From contig OZ024740.1 in the NCBI GenBank assembly GCA_964016885.1, positions 3,658,001 through 3,722,000 on the forward strand: 64,000 nt of DNA, given 5' to 3'. The stretch's first letter is position 1. Every line of letters begins with the position of its first letter. Shown here one piece after another: positions 1-14,040 of this stretch. Below the pieces are notes generated by a model. That model made no database searches and was not told where the DNA came from. It saw nothing but the letters and a program-made list of their open reading frames with translations. Origin of the DNA: Eledone cirrhosa. Its lineage: Eukaryota. Both the position numbers and the translations under genes were made by a program.

Positions 1-239
1 TTGGTGGTGGTGGTGGTGGTGGTGGTGGTGGTGGTGGGGTTATTGTTGTTGTTGTTGTTGTTATTGTTGTTGGTGGTGGTGGTGGGGTTGTTGTTGTTGT
101 TGTTGTTGTTGTTGTTATTGTTGTTGTTGGTGGTGGTGGTGGTGGTGGGGTTATTGTTGTTGTTGTTATTGTTGTTATTGTTGGTGGTGGTGGTGGTGGT
201 GGGGTTGTTGTTGTTGTTGGTGGTGGTGTTGGTGGGGCG

Positions 240-307
<68 letters not shown>

Positions 308-330
308 GGTTATTGTTGTTGTTGTTGTTG
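1..330. repeat. (GGT)n/(GTT)n compound trinucleotide microsatellite
   Basis: Direct reading; the poly-V/L ORF is an artefact. Confidence 0.95.
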
Positions 331-398
331 ATATTAACAAAACATTGTCAATAATATGGAATAAATTGGAAATAAAATGACACCAGAAGACCCTGCAT

Positions 399-1698
399 AT
401 GTGTGTATGTGTGTATGTGTGTGTGTGTGCATATATACACAAACATATACATATACATATATACACAAACACATACACACACATATATACACAAACATAT
501 ACACACATATATATATACACAAACATATACACACACATATATACACAAACATATACACACACATATATACACAAACATATACACACACATATATATACAC
601 AAACATATACACACATATATACACAAACACATACACACACATATATACACAAACATATACACACATATATATATACACAAACACATACACACACATATAT
701 ACACAAACATATACACACACATATATACACAAACATATACACACACATATATATACACAAACATATACACACACATATATACACAAACATATACACACAC
801 ATATATACACAAACATATACACACATATATATACACATAAATATATACACACATATACACACATAAATATATACACACACATATACAAATAAATATATAC
901 ACACATATATACACATAAATATATACACACATATATACACATAAATATATACACACATATATACACATAAATATATGCACACATATATACACATAAATAT
1001 ATGCACACACATATATACACATAAATATATGCACACATATATATACACATATATACACACACATGTACACACATAAATATATGCACACATATGCACACAT
1101 ATATACACACACATGTACACACATAAATATATGCACACATATATACACATAAATATATGCACACATATATATACACATAAATATATACACACATATATAC
1201 ACATAAATATATGCACACATATATATACACCTAAATATATACACACATATATATACACATAAATATAAGCACACATATATATACAGATACATTTACAATC
1301 ACACGCACTGCAGTCACGCACAGAAACATGTATACAAACTCACAAACAAATGTACACATACACACATACACACATACACACATACATACATATACACATA
1401 CATACACACATACACACATACATACATATACACATACATACACACATACACACATACATACAGACATACACACATACACATATACATAAAGACACACATA
1501 CACACATACACCCATACATACATACATACACACATACACACATACACACATATACACATATACACATATACACATACATACATACATACACACATACATA
1601 CACACACACATACATACATACATACATACATACATACACACATACACACATACGTACATACATACTTACATACACACATACATACAAACATACATACA
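399..1698. repeat. Compound (CA/TA)n and (CATA)n microsatellite field
   Basis: ACACATATAT-type units changing to CATA units. Confidence 0.95.
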
Positions 1699-2890
1699 TT
1701 GGATGTTAGAACTCGAAAACTTCTCAGTGTTACTGGGAACTTTAACACCAATGGTGATGTGGATAGGCTATACTTCTCACGCAAGGAAGGTGGCCGGGGT
1801 CTAAAATCAATATTAACAACATATGAGACCCGGATAGTGACACTGAAGTAACACCTTCAACAGAGGAAAAAGGTTGGCAACCATCTTGCCCAGGTTTATG
1901 ACCATGAAAAAAGAAATATCATTAGAATAGCGACTGATCTGGAGGAGAGATATGGAATAAAGCCTGATATAAATCTCTCACCCAGAGAAATCGGAAGATC
2001 CTATTCAATGTTCAAACAAGATAAAAAAATTGACCAATTTACAGAAAAAGTTGTGCATGGATACTTGAGGCGTAAAACACAGACCATAGAGGGGATAAAC
2101 CACTCAAAAAGCCTGGCATGGAGTTCCGACAAGTTTATGATATCACACCTTGAGGGATATCTCTATACAATACAGGAACAAGAACTCCCTACCAAATATC
2201 TGCTGCACAAAAGAGGAGGGCCAGCAGCTGACAATAAATGTAGGCTATGTAAAACAAAGATCGAGGATGTAAGCCACATTGTTACCAGCTGCGAAAGAAT
2301 GTCATCTCGCTACTACCTCCCCATGAGACACGATGGGATAGCTAGAACCATCTGGAACGCACTTGGGAAAACAAAATTAACAACAAACGAGGAAGAATAT
2401 ATTGAGACAGATGGTACAAAGGAATACTGGTGGAACCTGAAAAAAAAAATGCCACCAAATTAAAGCACAACCGGCTTGATATTGTAGTTTGGGACCACAC
2501 ATTGAAAACGTGTTCTGTTGTGGAGATCAGCTGCCCACTTGATGTAAACGTTGTCAGAAAAATACAGGAGAAGGAGGACATCTACGGACCATTGATGAGG
2601 AGTTTACAAATCCAGTATCCAAGATACACCTTTAGCTTCATACCCATCATTATTGGAGCTATGGGTTATATACCAACCCGCTTGGACCAAAGTATGACTG
2701 AACTTGGATTTGCGGACAAAAAGCGCAGCTCCCTAATTCATAGTCTACAAATGGCTGCGATAGCTGGCACCTTCAAAATTTGCAAAACATTCTTGCGATT
2801 CAAGGGATGACAATTTCTTTTCTTTTACAACCTTGCTACCAGGAAGGTGGCCGGTCAAAAAAATATACTCAAAATTAAGAGAAAGAGAAA
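1699..2890 (+). mobile_element. 5'-truncated RLE-type non-LTR retrotransposon (R4/Dong-like), pseudogenised
   Basis: Translation from 1699 gives LDVRTRKLL..DVDRLYFSRKEGGRGL; CCHC knuckle CRLC-x7-H-x4-C; RHD motif; RLDIV..VEISCP..K restriction-like nuclease; PIIIG. Stop at ~1849, frameshift in the A-run at ~2440, ORF ends at 2810, short 3'UTR. Confidence 0.85.
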
Positions 2891-3990
2891 ACATACATAC
2901 ATACACACATACGTACATACATACACACATACATACATACATACATACATACATACATACATACATACATACACACATACATACATACATACACACATAC
3001 ATACAAACATACATACATACATACATACACACATAGACACATAGACACATACATACATACATACACACATACACACATACATACACACATACACACATAC
3101 ATACACACATACATATATACATACACACATACATACATACACACATACGTACATACACACATACACACATACATACATACACACATACATACCTACATAC
3201 ACACATACATACATACATACATACATACAAACATACATACATACACACAGACATACATACACACACACACATACATACACACATGCATACACACTCACAA
3301 ATATATGCACACATACATACATACACATACACATAAATACATGCACACATACACACGCACAAACACATGCATACATAAACACACACACACAGATGCATGC
3401 ACATACACACACACTCAAATACATGCAGACACACACACACACATACATACATACACACATACATACACACATACACACATACATACATACACACATACAT
3501 ACATACACACTTACATACACACATACATACACACATACATACATACACACATACACACATACGTACATACATACATACATACATACATACACACATACAT
3601 CCATACACACATACACACATACGTACATACATACACACATACATACACACATACACACACACATACGCACATACATACACACATACACACATACATACAC
3701 ACATATACACATACATACACACATACACACATACATACACACATACACACATACATACATACACACATACACACACATACATACATACATACACACATAC
3801 ATACATACACACATACATACATACACACATACATACCTACATACAAACACATACATACATACACACAGACATACATACACACACACACATACATACACAC
3901 ATGCATACACACTCACAAATACATGCACACATACATACATAAACACACACACAGATGCATGCACATACACACACACACAAATACATGCAG

Positions 3991-4023
<33 letters not shown>

Positions 4024-4424
4024 TGCATACGCATATATAAAAAAACAAACAAATATAAACACACAAAATATGTACATGCAAACACTCAGACGCAAATACA
4101 CACACATACACACACACAAATAAATATATATGAACACACACTCACACAAGTATATATGTACACACACAGATACACACAAGTATATATATATATATACACA
4201 CACAAGTATATATGTACACACACACACACACAAGTATATATGTACACACACACACACACACACACAATTATATATGTACACACACAAACACACTCAACCA
4301 CCAATTCATACAGATACAAGAAATATATAAGTTTCATGTATTCATGTAGTAGGAATCTATGCATATCTCACACACACACATACATATTTGTTTGCACATA
4401 TATACATATATGCAAACAAGAAAT

Positions 4425-4461
<37 letters not shown>

Positions 4462-4665
4462 AAGATACTTCATAAATTCACAAAAACAGCGAAATATAAT
4501 TTTATATATTTATATACAAAATATCATGTTTATAGATAGACAAAATACATGCAAATATATATTTGTGTGTGCATATATAGATAGATTTATATATATATAT
4601 ACGCACATGCACACACACATATATTTATATATATATGTATATATGTATGTGTATGTATGTATATA

Positions 4666-4703
<38 letters not shown>

Positions 4704-4769
4704 CATATATACATACACTCAGCTCTCTATTTTACTATATATATATATAGTAAAATAGAGAGGTGAGTG

Positions 4770-4809
<40 letters not shown>

Positions 4810-4814
4810 CATAC

Positions 4815-4900
<86 letters not shown>
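2891..4900. repeat. (CATA)n/(CA)n/(TA)n/(GA)n microsatellite field with an internal ~200 bp duplication (about 3230-3440 vs 3840-4010)
   Basis: Direct reading. Confidence 0.9.
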
Positions 4901-4906
<6 letters not shown>

Positions 4907-5022
4907 GAGTGTATGCTGATAGTATGTAGAATAGTTTTTCCTACCATGATTGAGAGAGACTCCAGGAGAAGACATATAGTTACTGTCTACCAATGTAGAC
5001 ATCCTTAGATATGGTTTCCCAC
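4710..5022 (-). mobile_element. Degenerate Penelope-like pLTR remnant with small fold-back and decayed hammerhead
   Basis: Hairpin tacactcagctctctattttac-(TA)n-gtaaaatagagaggtgagtgta; minus strand reads CTAAGGA-tgtctac/gtagaca-GTAAC-tatat-GTC. Confidence 0.45.
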
Positions 5023-5149
5023 TATATACACACATATATACACACATATATAGCTCTTCCCTCATACCACCATCCCTCCCTCTATCTCTCACTATGTCTC
5101 TATCGATACTTATTTCCCACTCTCTTATTCTCTATCACTGTCTCTTGTT

Positions 5150-5156
5150 TCCTTGG

Positions 5157-5223
<67 letters not shown>

Positions 5224-5740
5224 TCTCTCTCTCTCTCTTACTCTCTCTCTCTCTCTTATGGAACCACTGTCTCTCTCTCTCTCTATCTCTCTCTCTCTTA
5301 ATCTCTCACTCTCTTATGGAACCATTGGCTCTCTCTCTCTCTCTCTCTTACTCTCACTCTCTCTTATGGAACCACTGGCTCTCTCTCTCTCTCTCTTACT
5401 TTCACTCTCTCTCATGGAACCACTGTCTCTCTCTCTCTTCTCTCTCCCTCTCTCTCTCATGGACCACTAGCTCTCTCTCACTCTCTCTCCCTCTTCTATC
5501 TCCTCTCTCTCTCTATCCCCCCCTCTCTGTATGACTGTCTTTTATTGTTTCCCCGTCTCCTAGTATTACTTTCTTCCTCACTCTTATATATCTGTATCTC
5601 TCCCCTTCTCTCCACCTTCTCTCCTCCTCTCCCCCTCTCTCCTCCTCTCCCCCACTCTCCCCTTCTCTCTCTCATATCCCCCCTCCCATTCTCCCCCCTC
5701 TCCCATCTCTCCTACGCCCCCCCCCCCCCTCTCACTACTC
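5150..5740. repeat. (CT)n tract with recurrent ATGGAACCAC spacers, followed by C/T-rich low complexity
   Basis: Direct reading. Confidence 0.9.
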
Positions 5741-5889
5741 AAGACACAGGTAAAAGCACCACTGACACAAACATCTCTCGTTAGAAGCTGCAGCAACGGC
5801 AACAGCAGCAGTATATATATAGCAGCAACTGCAGCAGTATCAGCAGTGTCAGGGTCCTGCATGGAGTAACAGCCTCATATTCATCCCTC

Positions 5890-6377
5890 AACCCACCACC
5901 ACCACCACCACCACTACCATCACCACCACCACTACCACCATCACCACCGCCACAGCCACCACCACCACCACCACCACCACCACCGCCACTACCACAGCCA
6001 CCACCACCACCACCACCACCACCGCCATCACCACCGCCACTACCACAGCCACCACCACTACCATCACAACCACCACCACCACCACCACTACCATCACCAC
6101 TGCCACCACCACCACCACCACAACCACAACCACCACCACCACCAACACCGCCACCACCACCACCACAACCACCACCACCACCACAACCACCACCACCACC
6201 ACAACCACCACCACCACCACCACCACCACCACAACCACCACCACCACCACCACCACCACCATCACCACCACCATCACCACCACCACCACCACCACCACCA
6301 CCTCCACCACCACCACCACCACCACCATCACCACCACCATCACCACCACCACAACCACCACCACCACCACCACCATC
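5890..6377. repeat. (CCA)n microsatellite
   Basis: Direct reading; poly-Gly and poly-Val ORFs are artefacts. Confidence 0.95.
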
Positions 6378-6658
6378 AATGCAGTAAAGGCCACACAAAT
6401 TAACAGCAACATAAAAGGTTTCCCTGCATTAGCAAGGACTAGCCCCCCCCCCAGCCAACCTATCTCTCCTACCCCACAATCCACCCCCATCATTCACTCT
6501 CTATTACTACACCCTTCTTACTTTCCCTTTCTCATCTACCTCTTTCTCTCTTGTCATTCTTCTTCTTCTTAGTGTACATGTGTGGGTGTGTATATATATA
6601 TATATACACACCTCGCAACAATTTCAATACTTTCATTTATATATATATATATATATAT

Positions 6659-7661
6659 ATATTGTTATACTTTGGGAGGGTCATGTTGCCAATAAGAAAC
6701 ACACGCACCAGTTGCTTTCACTTCAATTTATTATATATTTATAAATTTATAAATTTACAAATTTACAAACTTATAAATTTCTGGTTGGTTGGTTCCACAA
6801 CCAGATAGTTGTTTATATATAGTCATAGTCCTTTCGTCACACACTCTGTGACCTCTTCAGTGACTGGGGATTCCTTTCTTTGTTTCTGTGCCTTTCCTTT
6901 CTTCTATCCTACGCCATTTTGTTTCTGTGTGTGTGTTGTGTGCTCAGTTTGCGCATGCGCCACATCCGGGTGTCTGTGTGTGTTTGTGTTCATTTATCTA
7001 TTTGTTTATTTATTTATTTATTTATTGTTGGTTGGTTGTTTGTTCTATGTGTGTGTGTGTTTTCATTTTGTCCTGTGTGTGTTTTCATTTTGTCCTTAAT
7101 TGTAAGTTGTTTGTTCTATGTGTGTGTGTGTTTTCATTTTGTCCTGTGTGTGTTTTCATTTTGTCCTTAATTGTAAGTTGTGATGTTGCTGTTCCACTCA
7201 TATTTTCTATTTAATTTTGGTTTTAATTCTTTTATGCTTACTGCCTCTGTAATTTGCCTAAACATTGCGTCTTTTCTGTGTGTGGATTCTATTTTTATTT
7301 CTATGTTCTCTAATCTACCCCTGTGTTCTATCTTAGCATGTTGGTAGAGCACAGATGATTCTTTATTATCTTGGAGGTCTCGCCAGTGTTCATTTATCCG
7401 TTCCCCTATACTACGAGCTGTCTCACCTATGTACACTATATTTTTGTTTCTACATTGTCCTTCAGTACATCTTATGCTATACACTACATGTATAAGTTTG
7501 TAAATTTGTAAATTTATAAATTTATAAATATATAATAAATTGAAGTGAAAGCAACTGGTGCGTGTGTTTCTTATTGGCAACATGACCCTCCCAAAGTATA
7601 ACAATATCGGTTTCAACACACGATTTCAGATAAAGAATCTTGCTAAACAAATTCAGAAACG

Positions 7662-7665
<4 letters not shown>
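6659..7665 (-). mobile_element. Penelope-like element 3' part: GIY-YIG endonuclease plus pLTR, with ~115 bp inverted terminal copy
   Basis: VVYSIRC..YIGETARSIGERINEH..QH..H..TEAVSIKELKPKLN; 6661-6775 is the reverse complement of ~7490-7605; (TA)n on both flanks; ~70 bp tandem duplication at 7037-7177. Confidence 0.9.
6821..6865 (-). ncRNA. Minimal type-I hammerhead ribozyme
   Basis: agtca-CTGAAGA-g-gtcaca/gagtg/tgtgac-GAAA-ggac-TA-tgact. Confidence 0.75.
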
Positions 7666-7707
<42 letters not shown>

Positions 7708-7709
<2 letters not shown>

Positions 7710-8764
7710 TAAGGATACTATTTATGGTTAGGCAAATACAAAAACCTTTTGTAGTTATATATATTTTTACAAACCCTAAATAGTGATAGGCAGTAATATA
7801 TTACTACCTTATTACCAGTAAGTTAAATAGCTCAATGTAATAACATCAGATGTTTTACAGAGCAGTTATATATAAGTTATAAGAATCAAAGTTCTGATCA
7901 AATCATTTATATGCTTACAACTGTTTCCTCCAAACCGAGGTTTGGATTCTTCGGAGCAATTTATTAATGGATGATCACATATATGACCTCCTTTTCAACC
8001 CAAGAAACATACAGATACATATGCAAACATTGTTGCTCGGTAGGTCGACAACCATTACAATATTTAGTGTGGCAGTATACATTTAAAGGTTACATTCATA
8101 TCCAAGGAGGATAAAATCAAAAATTAAGGTTAAAATACGACATGAAATTAATGCGATAGGATAGTCATAAGCAGTTATTGAGTGCAATAGTTACACGTGT
8201 GACACGCACGTGTGTCTTGTTTATATAATGCTATAGTGCGGCAGAGTGTTACATGTAATAGAAGCACTTAAACAGGTGATCAAGAGTGTTAAGGGGGTTG
8301 AACTGGTAATACGAATGTTATAGAAGCCTGATTACCAGTTCAACCCCCTTAACACTCTTGATCACCTGTTTAAGTGCTTCTATTGCATGTAACACTCTGC
8401 CGCACTATAGCATTATATAAACAAGACACACGTGCGTGTCACACGTGTAACTATTGCACTCAATAACTGCTTATGACTATCCTATCGCATTAATTTCATG
8501 TTGTATTTTAACCTTAATTTTTGATTTTATCCTCTTTGGATATGAATGTAACCTTTAAATGTATACTGCCACACTAAATATTGTAATGGTTGTCGACCTA
8601 CCGAGCAACAATATTTGCATATGTATCTGTATGTCTCTTGGGTTGAAAAGGAGGTCATATATGTGATCATCCATTAATAAATTGCTCCGAAGAATCCAAA
8701 CCTCGGTTTGGAGGAAACAGTTGTAAGCATATAAATGATTTGATCAGAACTTTGATTCTTATAA

Positions 8765-8773
<9 letters not shown>
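7708..8773. mobile_element. Fold-back Penelope-like relic: ~440 bp inverted arms (7868-8310 / 8331-8773) with 20 bp spacer
   Basis: Arms are near-identical reverse complements and each carries a hammerhead motif; possible frameshifted IEA..QFNPLN GIY-YIG tail at the centre. Confidence 0.8.
8683..8729 (+). ncRNA. Minimal hammerhead ribozyme variant (mirror copy 7912-7958, minus strand)
   Basis: tgct-CCGAAGA-a-tccaaacc/tc/ggtttgga-g-GAAAC-agtt-GTA-agca. Confidence 0.65.
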
Positions 8774-8809
<36 letters not shown>

Positions 8810-8860
8810 CCCATGATAGCATGGAACATGATGATGGTTATATATATATATATATATATA

Positions 8861-11800
8861 TCATCATCATCAACGTTTAACGTCCGTGTTCCACGCTTGC
8901 ATGGGTTTGGACGGGGGTTTTCCCACTTGAGGCAAGAGTGATTGTCTTGCTCGCATAGGACTGTCTGGCAGGTTTTCTACAGTTGGATGCCCTTCCTAAC
9001 ACCAACCACATTTACAGTGTGAGTCTGGGAGGTTTTTACCGTGTTGCCTACACGGCCACATTACAGCGTGGACTGTGTGTTTTTTTGTCGTGACACCTAC
9101 ACGATCTCATTTGTTTCGGCCTGGATGGTGTGGCACCAACATAACTTTACATAGAAGGGGGCGGTATGGATGGGGTGGGGGTGGTGGGACGGGGGTGTAT
9201 TTTGTTAGAGATGCCTACTGGCTGTAGTAGGTTTTACTATGTATTTAGGTAAGGCGGGTCTTCTCTATTACTGAGTACCGCCAAAGGTCTCGGTCCAGTG
9301 ACATTGTCTTGGAGAAGTGTAAGTGTGTGAGGTCGGAGTTTATCAGCTCGTCCCAGGTTTTTCTGGGTCTGCCTATTCCGTGGCTACCGTCTATCTTTAT
9401 TGCCCTGAACTTTGTTATACAGCTATCGTCTTTCATGCGCATCACGTGACCATACCAACGTAGCCTTCTCTCGAGTAAACAACATCTGATCCCTCTTATT
9501 TCTAATTTTTCCCTTAGTTCGTTTATGCTTTGTCGTTCACGTATATTACTATTACACATCCAGCGGAGCATGCAAGCTTCGTTCCTCTCTAGTCTGCGTA
9601 TATCCTCTGCACACAATGCCCAGGTCTCACTGCCATGCAACATTGCTGTTCATATGCAGGCATCATACAACCTGCCTTTCATTTTTAGGGAGAACCCTTT
9701 AGCGGCTAATAGTGGTATAAGCTCTCTGAACTTTTTCCATCCAGTTCTGACTCTAGCTACTGTACTTTCAGAGCACCCTCCCCCACTGCTGATTTTGTCA
9801 CCCAGGTAACGGAAGCTGTCCACTATTTATATAGAGCCCTCTGCGCAATTGAAAGAGTTAGTATTTTGTGGGCACTCGCTGCTAATTATTGCACCAGAGC
9901 ACCGCCCACATGTAAAATCTAAGTTCTTAGTTAGCTTACCTGTGGTCCCACTACATCTTTTATGCACCCATACTTTGCATTTCTGACACAAAATGGAGTT
10001 TCTACCTACGCTTTTCCTACACACTGAGCATGGCCACTTCCCGGAAGGGACCGCCGCCTTATTTTCTTTCCTACAAACTAGAACTTTGGTCTTAGCCAGG
10101 TTAATTTTAAGGCCTTTTGATTCTTGGCCGTGCTTCCATGTTTGGAATTTCTTCTCTAGCTCGGCCATTGATTCAGCTATGAGTGTTAGGTCGTCTGCGT
10201 ATAGGAGTTCCCATGGGCAGCCGGTCTTGAACTCCTGTTATAGCCTGAAGGGCAATAATAAATAGTAGGGGGTTGAGAACAGAGCCCTGATGAACACCAC
10301 CGTTTACGCTAAACTCTTCACTATATTCGTTGTTAATTCTAACCTTGCTGACTGTTTCTTTATACATGGCTTGTATAGCTCTCACAAGCCATTCGTCAAC
10401 ATCAAGTTTTCTAAGAGCCCACCAGATAATGGAATGGGGGACTCTGTCGAAGGCTTTCTCCAAGTCGACAAAAGCTAAGTATAGGGGTTTACTTTTAGCT
10501 AGGTACTTCTCCTGTGGTACTTTTGCCTGACACAAACCCGAACTGCATTTCATCGAGGTCAATTCTCTCTCTGATTAGTTGCGCTATTACTTTTTCCGTG
10601 ACCTTCATGACCTGGTCGATTAATTTAATGCCTCTATAGTTACTCCTATCTAGGGCATCTCCTTTACCCTTATAACAGTTAACGATGATGCTGCTACGCC
10701 AGTCCTTCGGAACAACCCCATTCTGTACGACTTGGTTAACTATCCGGGTGACCATAGTGTGTCCCACCGTGCCAGATGCTTTCAGCATCTCAGCAACTAT
10801 TTCCGAAGGCCCAGCTGCCTTACCCGTCTTCATATCCTTGATTGCCTTACTTATTATACTACCCTCGACTAACACTGCTGGTCCCTCTATTGGGTCGATG
10901 TGGGGGAGACTGTCTTTCTCCCATTTATTCTCCTCATTTAGTAGCCTTTCATAGTGACACTTCCAAGCTACCTTCTTATCAGCGTCGGTGATGGCAAGTA
11001 CGCCGTCATCATTAAGTACACACTTCTCCCCGACAATATCACGGTTTTCCTTGACACATTGCCTAGCAATCCTGAACACCTCACGTTTTTGGTCCTCGCG
11101 TTGTAGAACATGCTTGAACTTTCTTTCCTCTGCTTCCCTTCTTGCGAAGTATACTTGTCTCCTAGCTTCCCTCCTGGCCACTTGATAGTCTTCTCTACTT
11201 CCCCCATCCCGCCATACTTTCCAAGCCTGCTTTTTGGCCTAAATTGACCCCTTCACCTTACTGTTCCACCACCATGTTACTCTCCCCCTGCCTACAGGCC
11301 TGCTCCAGCCACATACTTCATCTGCCGCCATCAGCAGGTTTGCTTTCAGGAATTCCCACTGCTCCTCTATATTGTACGACTCTAATTGCTCTTCCTTACT
11401 GTCGAAAGCATCAAGCAGTATGCTTTTAAATTTATTTCTGGCTGTGGGGTCCTTTAGCTTCCATATTTTTCTCCTGAGGATAGTCCTCTTCTGTTGTCTA
11501 GTACGTCTCGTCCTGACTATTAGGTCGCTAATTATCAGTCTATGTTGGGAGGTGCATTCTTCATGGGGGAGGGATTTAGTGTTTACAACAGACACTGTGT
11601 CACGTCTTCTGGTAAGGATATAATCTACCTGGCTTGTGTGTTCCCCGGATCTATAAGTGATCAGGTGATTGTCACGTTTTTTTAAGTTAGTGTTACAGAT
11701 AGTTAGGTTATTTGCGTCACAGAATTCCAGGATTCTGGAGCCTTCCTCATTTCTAGTACCAAACCCACAGCCTCCATGGATTTCTTCGTAGCCGTCACAA

Positions 11801-12201
11801 TGTTGTCCAACATGACCATTTAGGTCGCCTGCAATAATTATATAGTCACTGTCGGTTATTTGGGAGGTAGTGAGCATCAGTGTCTCATAGAATCTGTCTT
11901 TTATAGCGCCAGGCAGTCCGGATTGGGGTGCGTACGCAGATATTACTGTCACCGTAGTTCTATTGAGGACAAGTCTTATTTTAATTATTCTGTCGTTCAC
12001 TCTATTTACGTCTATTATCTTATCTGCCCACTTTTCTGCTACCATGATTCCTACTACACCCAGCCCATCGTCATTTCCCACCCAGAAAAGCTTATAGCAT
12101 CGTTTTTTATCCTCAATGAATCTAGCAGACCCGCCCCTCCACCTGGTCTCTTGAATACAACAAACATCGACCTCCTTACGTTCGAGCATTTCTACAACTT
12201 C
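8861..12201 (-). mobile_element. RTE-clade LINE family A, near full length, frameshifted
   Basis: APE domain (VDVCCIQE, SAYAPQ, GDLNGHVG, SQVDY, SQHRL); RT (NYRGIKL, FVDLEKAFD, HQGSVL, LLYADD); MLHGSETW; RLRWYGHV; (ATG)n tail. Confidence 0.95.
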
Positions 12202-12203
12202 GT

Positions 12204-12410
12204 TAGGAAAAAGTATGACCCCGACGGCAGGGGCTCAAGCCGTTTCGACGGCTATTTCTGGACTCAAATATCCATCGTCCAGAAATAGCCGCCGAAATGG
12301 CTTGAGTTCCTACGACGGGGTCATACTTTTTCCTATTTCCCACTCTACTACCCTAAGTATTGAGTACTCTGGTGCCTTATGGTCTATCTGGTTCCTTACC
12401 ACAATTCTTT

Positions 12411-12412
<2 letters not shown>
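12204..12412 (+). mobile_element. Short hairpin element (Penelope-like pLTR relic)
   Basis: Inverted arms across 12204-12334 around a 13 nt loop, then a tail ending in (TA)n; homologous to 13615-13813. Confidence 0.6.
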
Positions 12413-12476
<64 letters not shown>

Positions 12477-12482
12477 CATATA

Positions 12483-12490
<8 letters not shown>

Positions 12491-12520
<30 letters not shown>

Positions 12521-13460
12521 AATTATTGTGTACAGTGCTCAGGTGCACTACAACTCATCAAAGGTGCATGTATAGTACATAGAATAATGTACAAATGTCA
12601 GGAAAATGAACAGTGTATGAGTCATGATATAATAATAATAACAATAATGAAATATTGTGTACAGTGCCCAGGTGCACCACAACTCATAAAAAAGTGCATG
12701 TACAGTACATAGGGCAATGCACAAACATCAGTAAAATGAACAGTGCACGAGTCATGATACACACATGTGTGCATGTGTATGGAAGGGGTACATCAGGTGT
12801 AGTTTTGGCGCATCGGGAAGCATGAGTGTCTTAAAGGATGCAGTGTCTCGGCAGCTAACAACTGACGCAGGCAGTTTGTTCCATGCTTCAGCAACTCTGA
12901 GCGTGAAAAAATTTCTACGAAAGTCATGGGAGCTGTGCTGTTTTCTGATCTTGTAGGCATGTGCACGTGTGTTAGACACATGGAGATCAAAGAGGCGCTC
13001 AGGGTTGCAATTGGCGAGATGGTTAAAAACTTTGTGGGTATTCACCAAGTCCATTGCCAGACGTCGGAGCTTCAATGAATCCATGCCCAGGGAAGCAAGG
13101 CGTTCAGAGTATGGTAGGTGTCTGATGGAGGGTATGCGCTTGGTTGCACGTCTCTGAACAGTTTCCAGGAGGTCAATGTTCTGAGCAAGATAGGGGTTCC
13201 AGACTGATCATGCGAATTCCAAGTGTGGTCGTACCATAGCTGTATACAGCTTTAAATAGATGGCTGGAGAGCGGCTAACAAAGGTCTTGCTGAGTGATGC
13301 CAAGACACCCTCGGGCCTTCTTGACAATCTTAGAGACATGCTTTGTCCAACGCAAATCGTTGCTGACAGTAATGCCCAGGTCACATTCACAAGAGGACTT
13401 TTTGATATCAGTGTTGTGGAGGGAGTATGTGGACGCTGGATTTTTCCTTCCAAAATGCAT
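12491..13460 (-). mobile_element. CR1-clade LINE 3' fragment with duplicated 3' end and (ATT)n tail
   Basis: DLGITVSNDLRW..H, LYTAMVRPHLEFA, RRLAMDL, TRAH, FFTLRVAEAWNKLP; 12491-12630 is repeated at 12631-12760. Confidence 0.9.
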
Positions 13461-13614
13461 GTGTGTGTATATATATATATATATATTTAAAGGTGAAACA
13501 AGGTTCAATGAATAAATCAAAGAATGGGTTTTACAATAGATTGGAAGCACTCCACTCACACGAATGTCTATTTTTGTTAATATTTTGAATTAATATACAT
13601 ATATATATATATAA

Positions 13615-13813
13615 CGAAGGAAATGTGGTAAGGAACCAGGTGGACCATAACGCACCAAAGTACTCAATACTTGAGGTAGTAGAGTGGGTAATAGGAACCA
13701 GTAAGACCCCGAAAGCTGAGCTCAAGCCGTTTCGACGGCTAATTCTGGACTTAGTCCAGAATTAGCCGTCGAAACGGCTTGAGCTCAGCTGTCGGGGTCT
13801 TACTGGTTCCTAT
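13615..13813 (-). mobile_element. Short hairpin element, same family as 12204-12412
   Basis: Near-perfect ~60 bp arms across 13691-13813 centred at 13752; contains CGAAACGGCTTGAG; (TA)n flanks. Confidence 0.65.
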
Positions 13814-13831
13814 ATATATATATATATATTC

Positions 13832-13897
<66 letters not shown>

Positions 13898-14040
13898 GAG
13901 GTTATATTTAATTTGTTGGGATTCAACAAGCTTAAAAATGTTTATAACTTATATAAAGCACTCCTGCATAGTCAGAAGCTCCAACCGTTAAGGTTGTCTT
14001 TTTTCCGGGCATGTCAATATTTATTTATAAAACAAATCTG

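Noticed and set aside
334-4539. Long MCVY/HTYI ORFs
   Set aside because: Translations of CA/TA microsatellites
5584-6493. Gly-rich, poly-Val and MQDPDTAD ORFs as a host gene
   Set aside because: (CCA)n repeat; no domain or convincing splice structure
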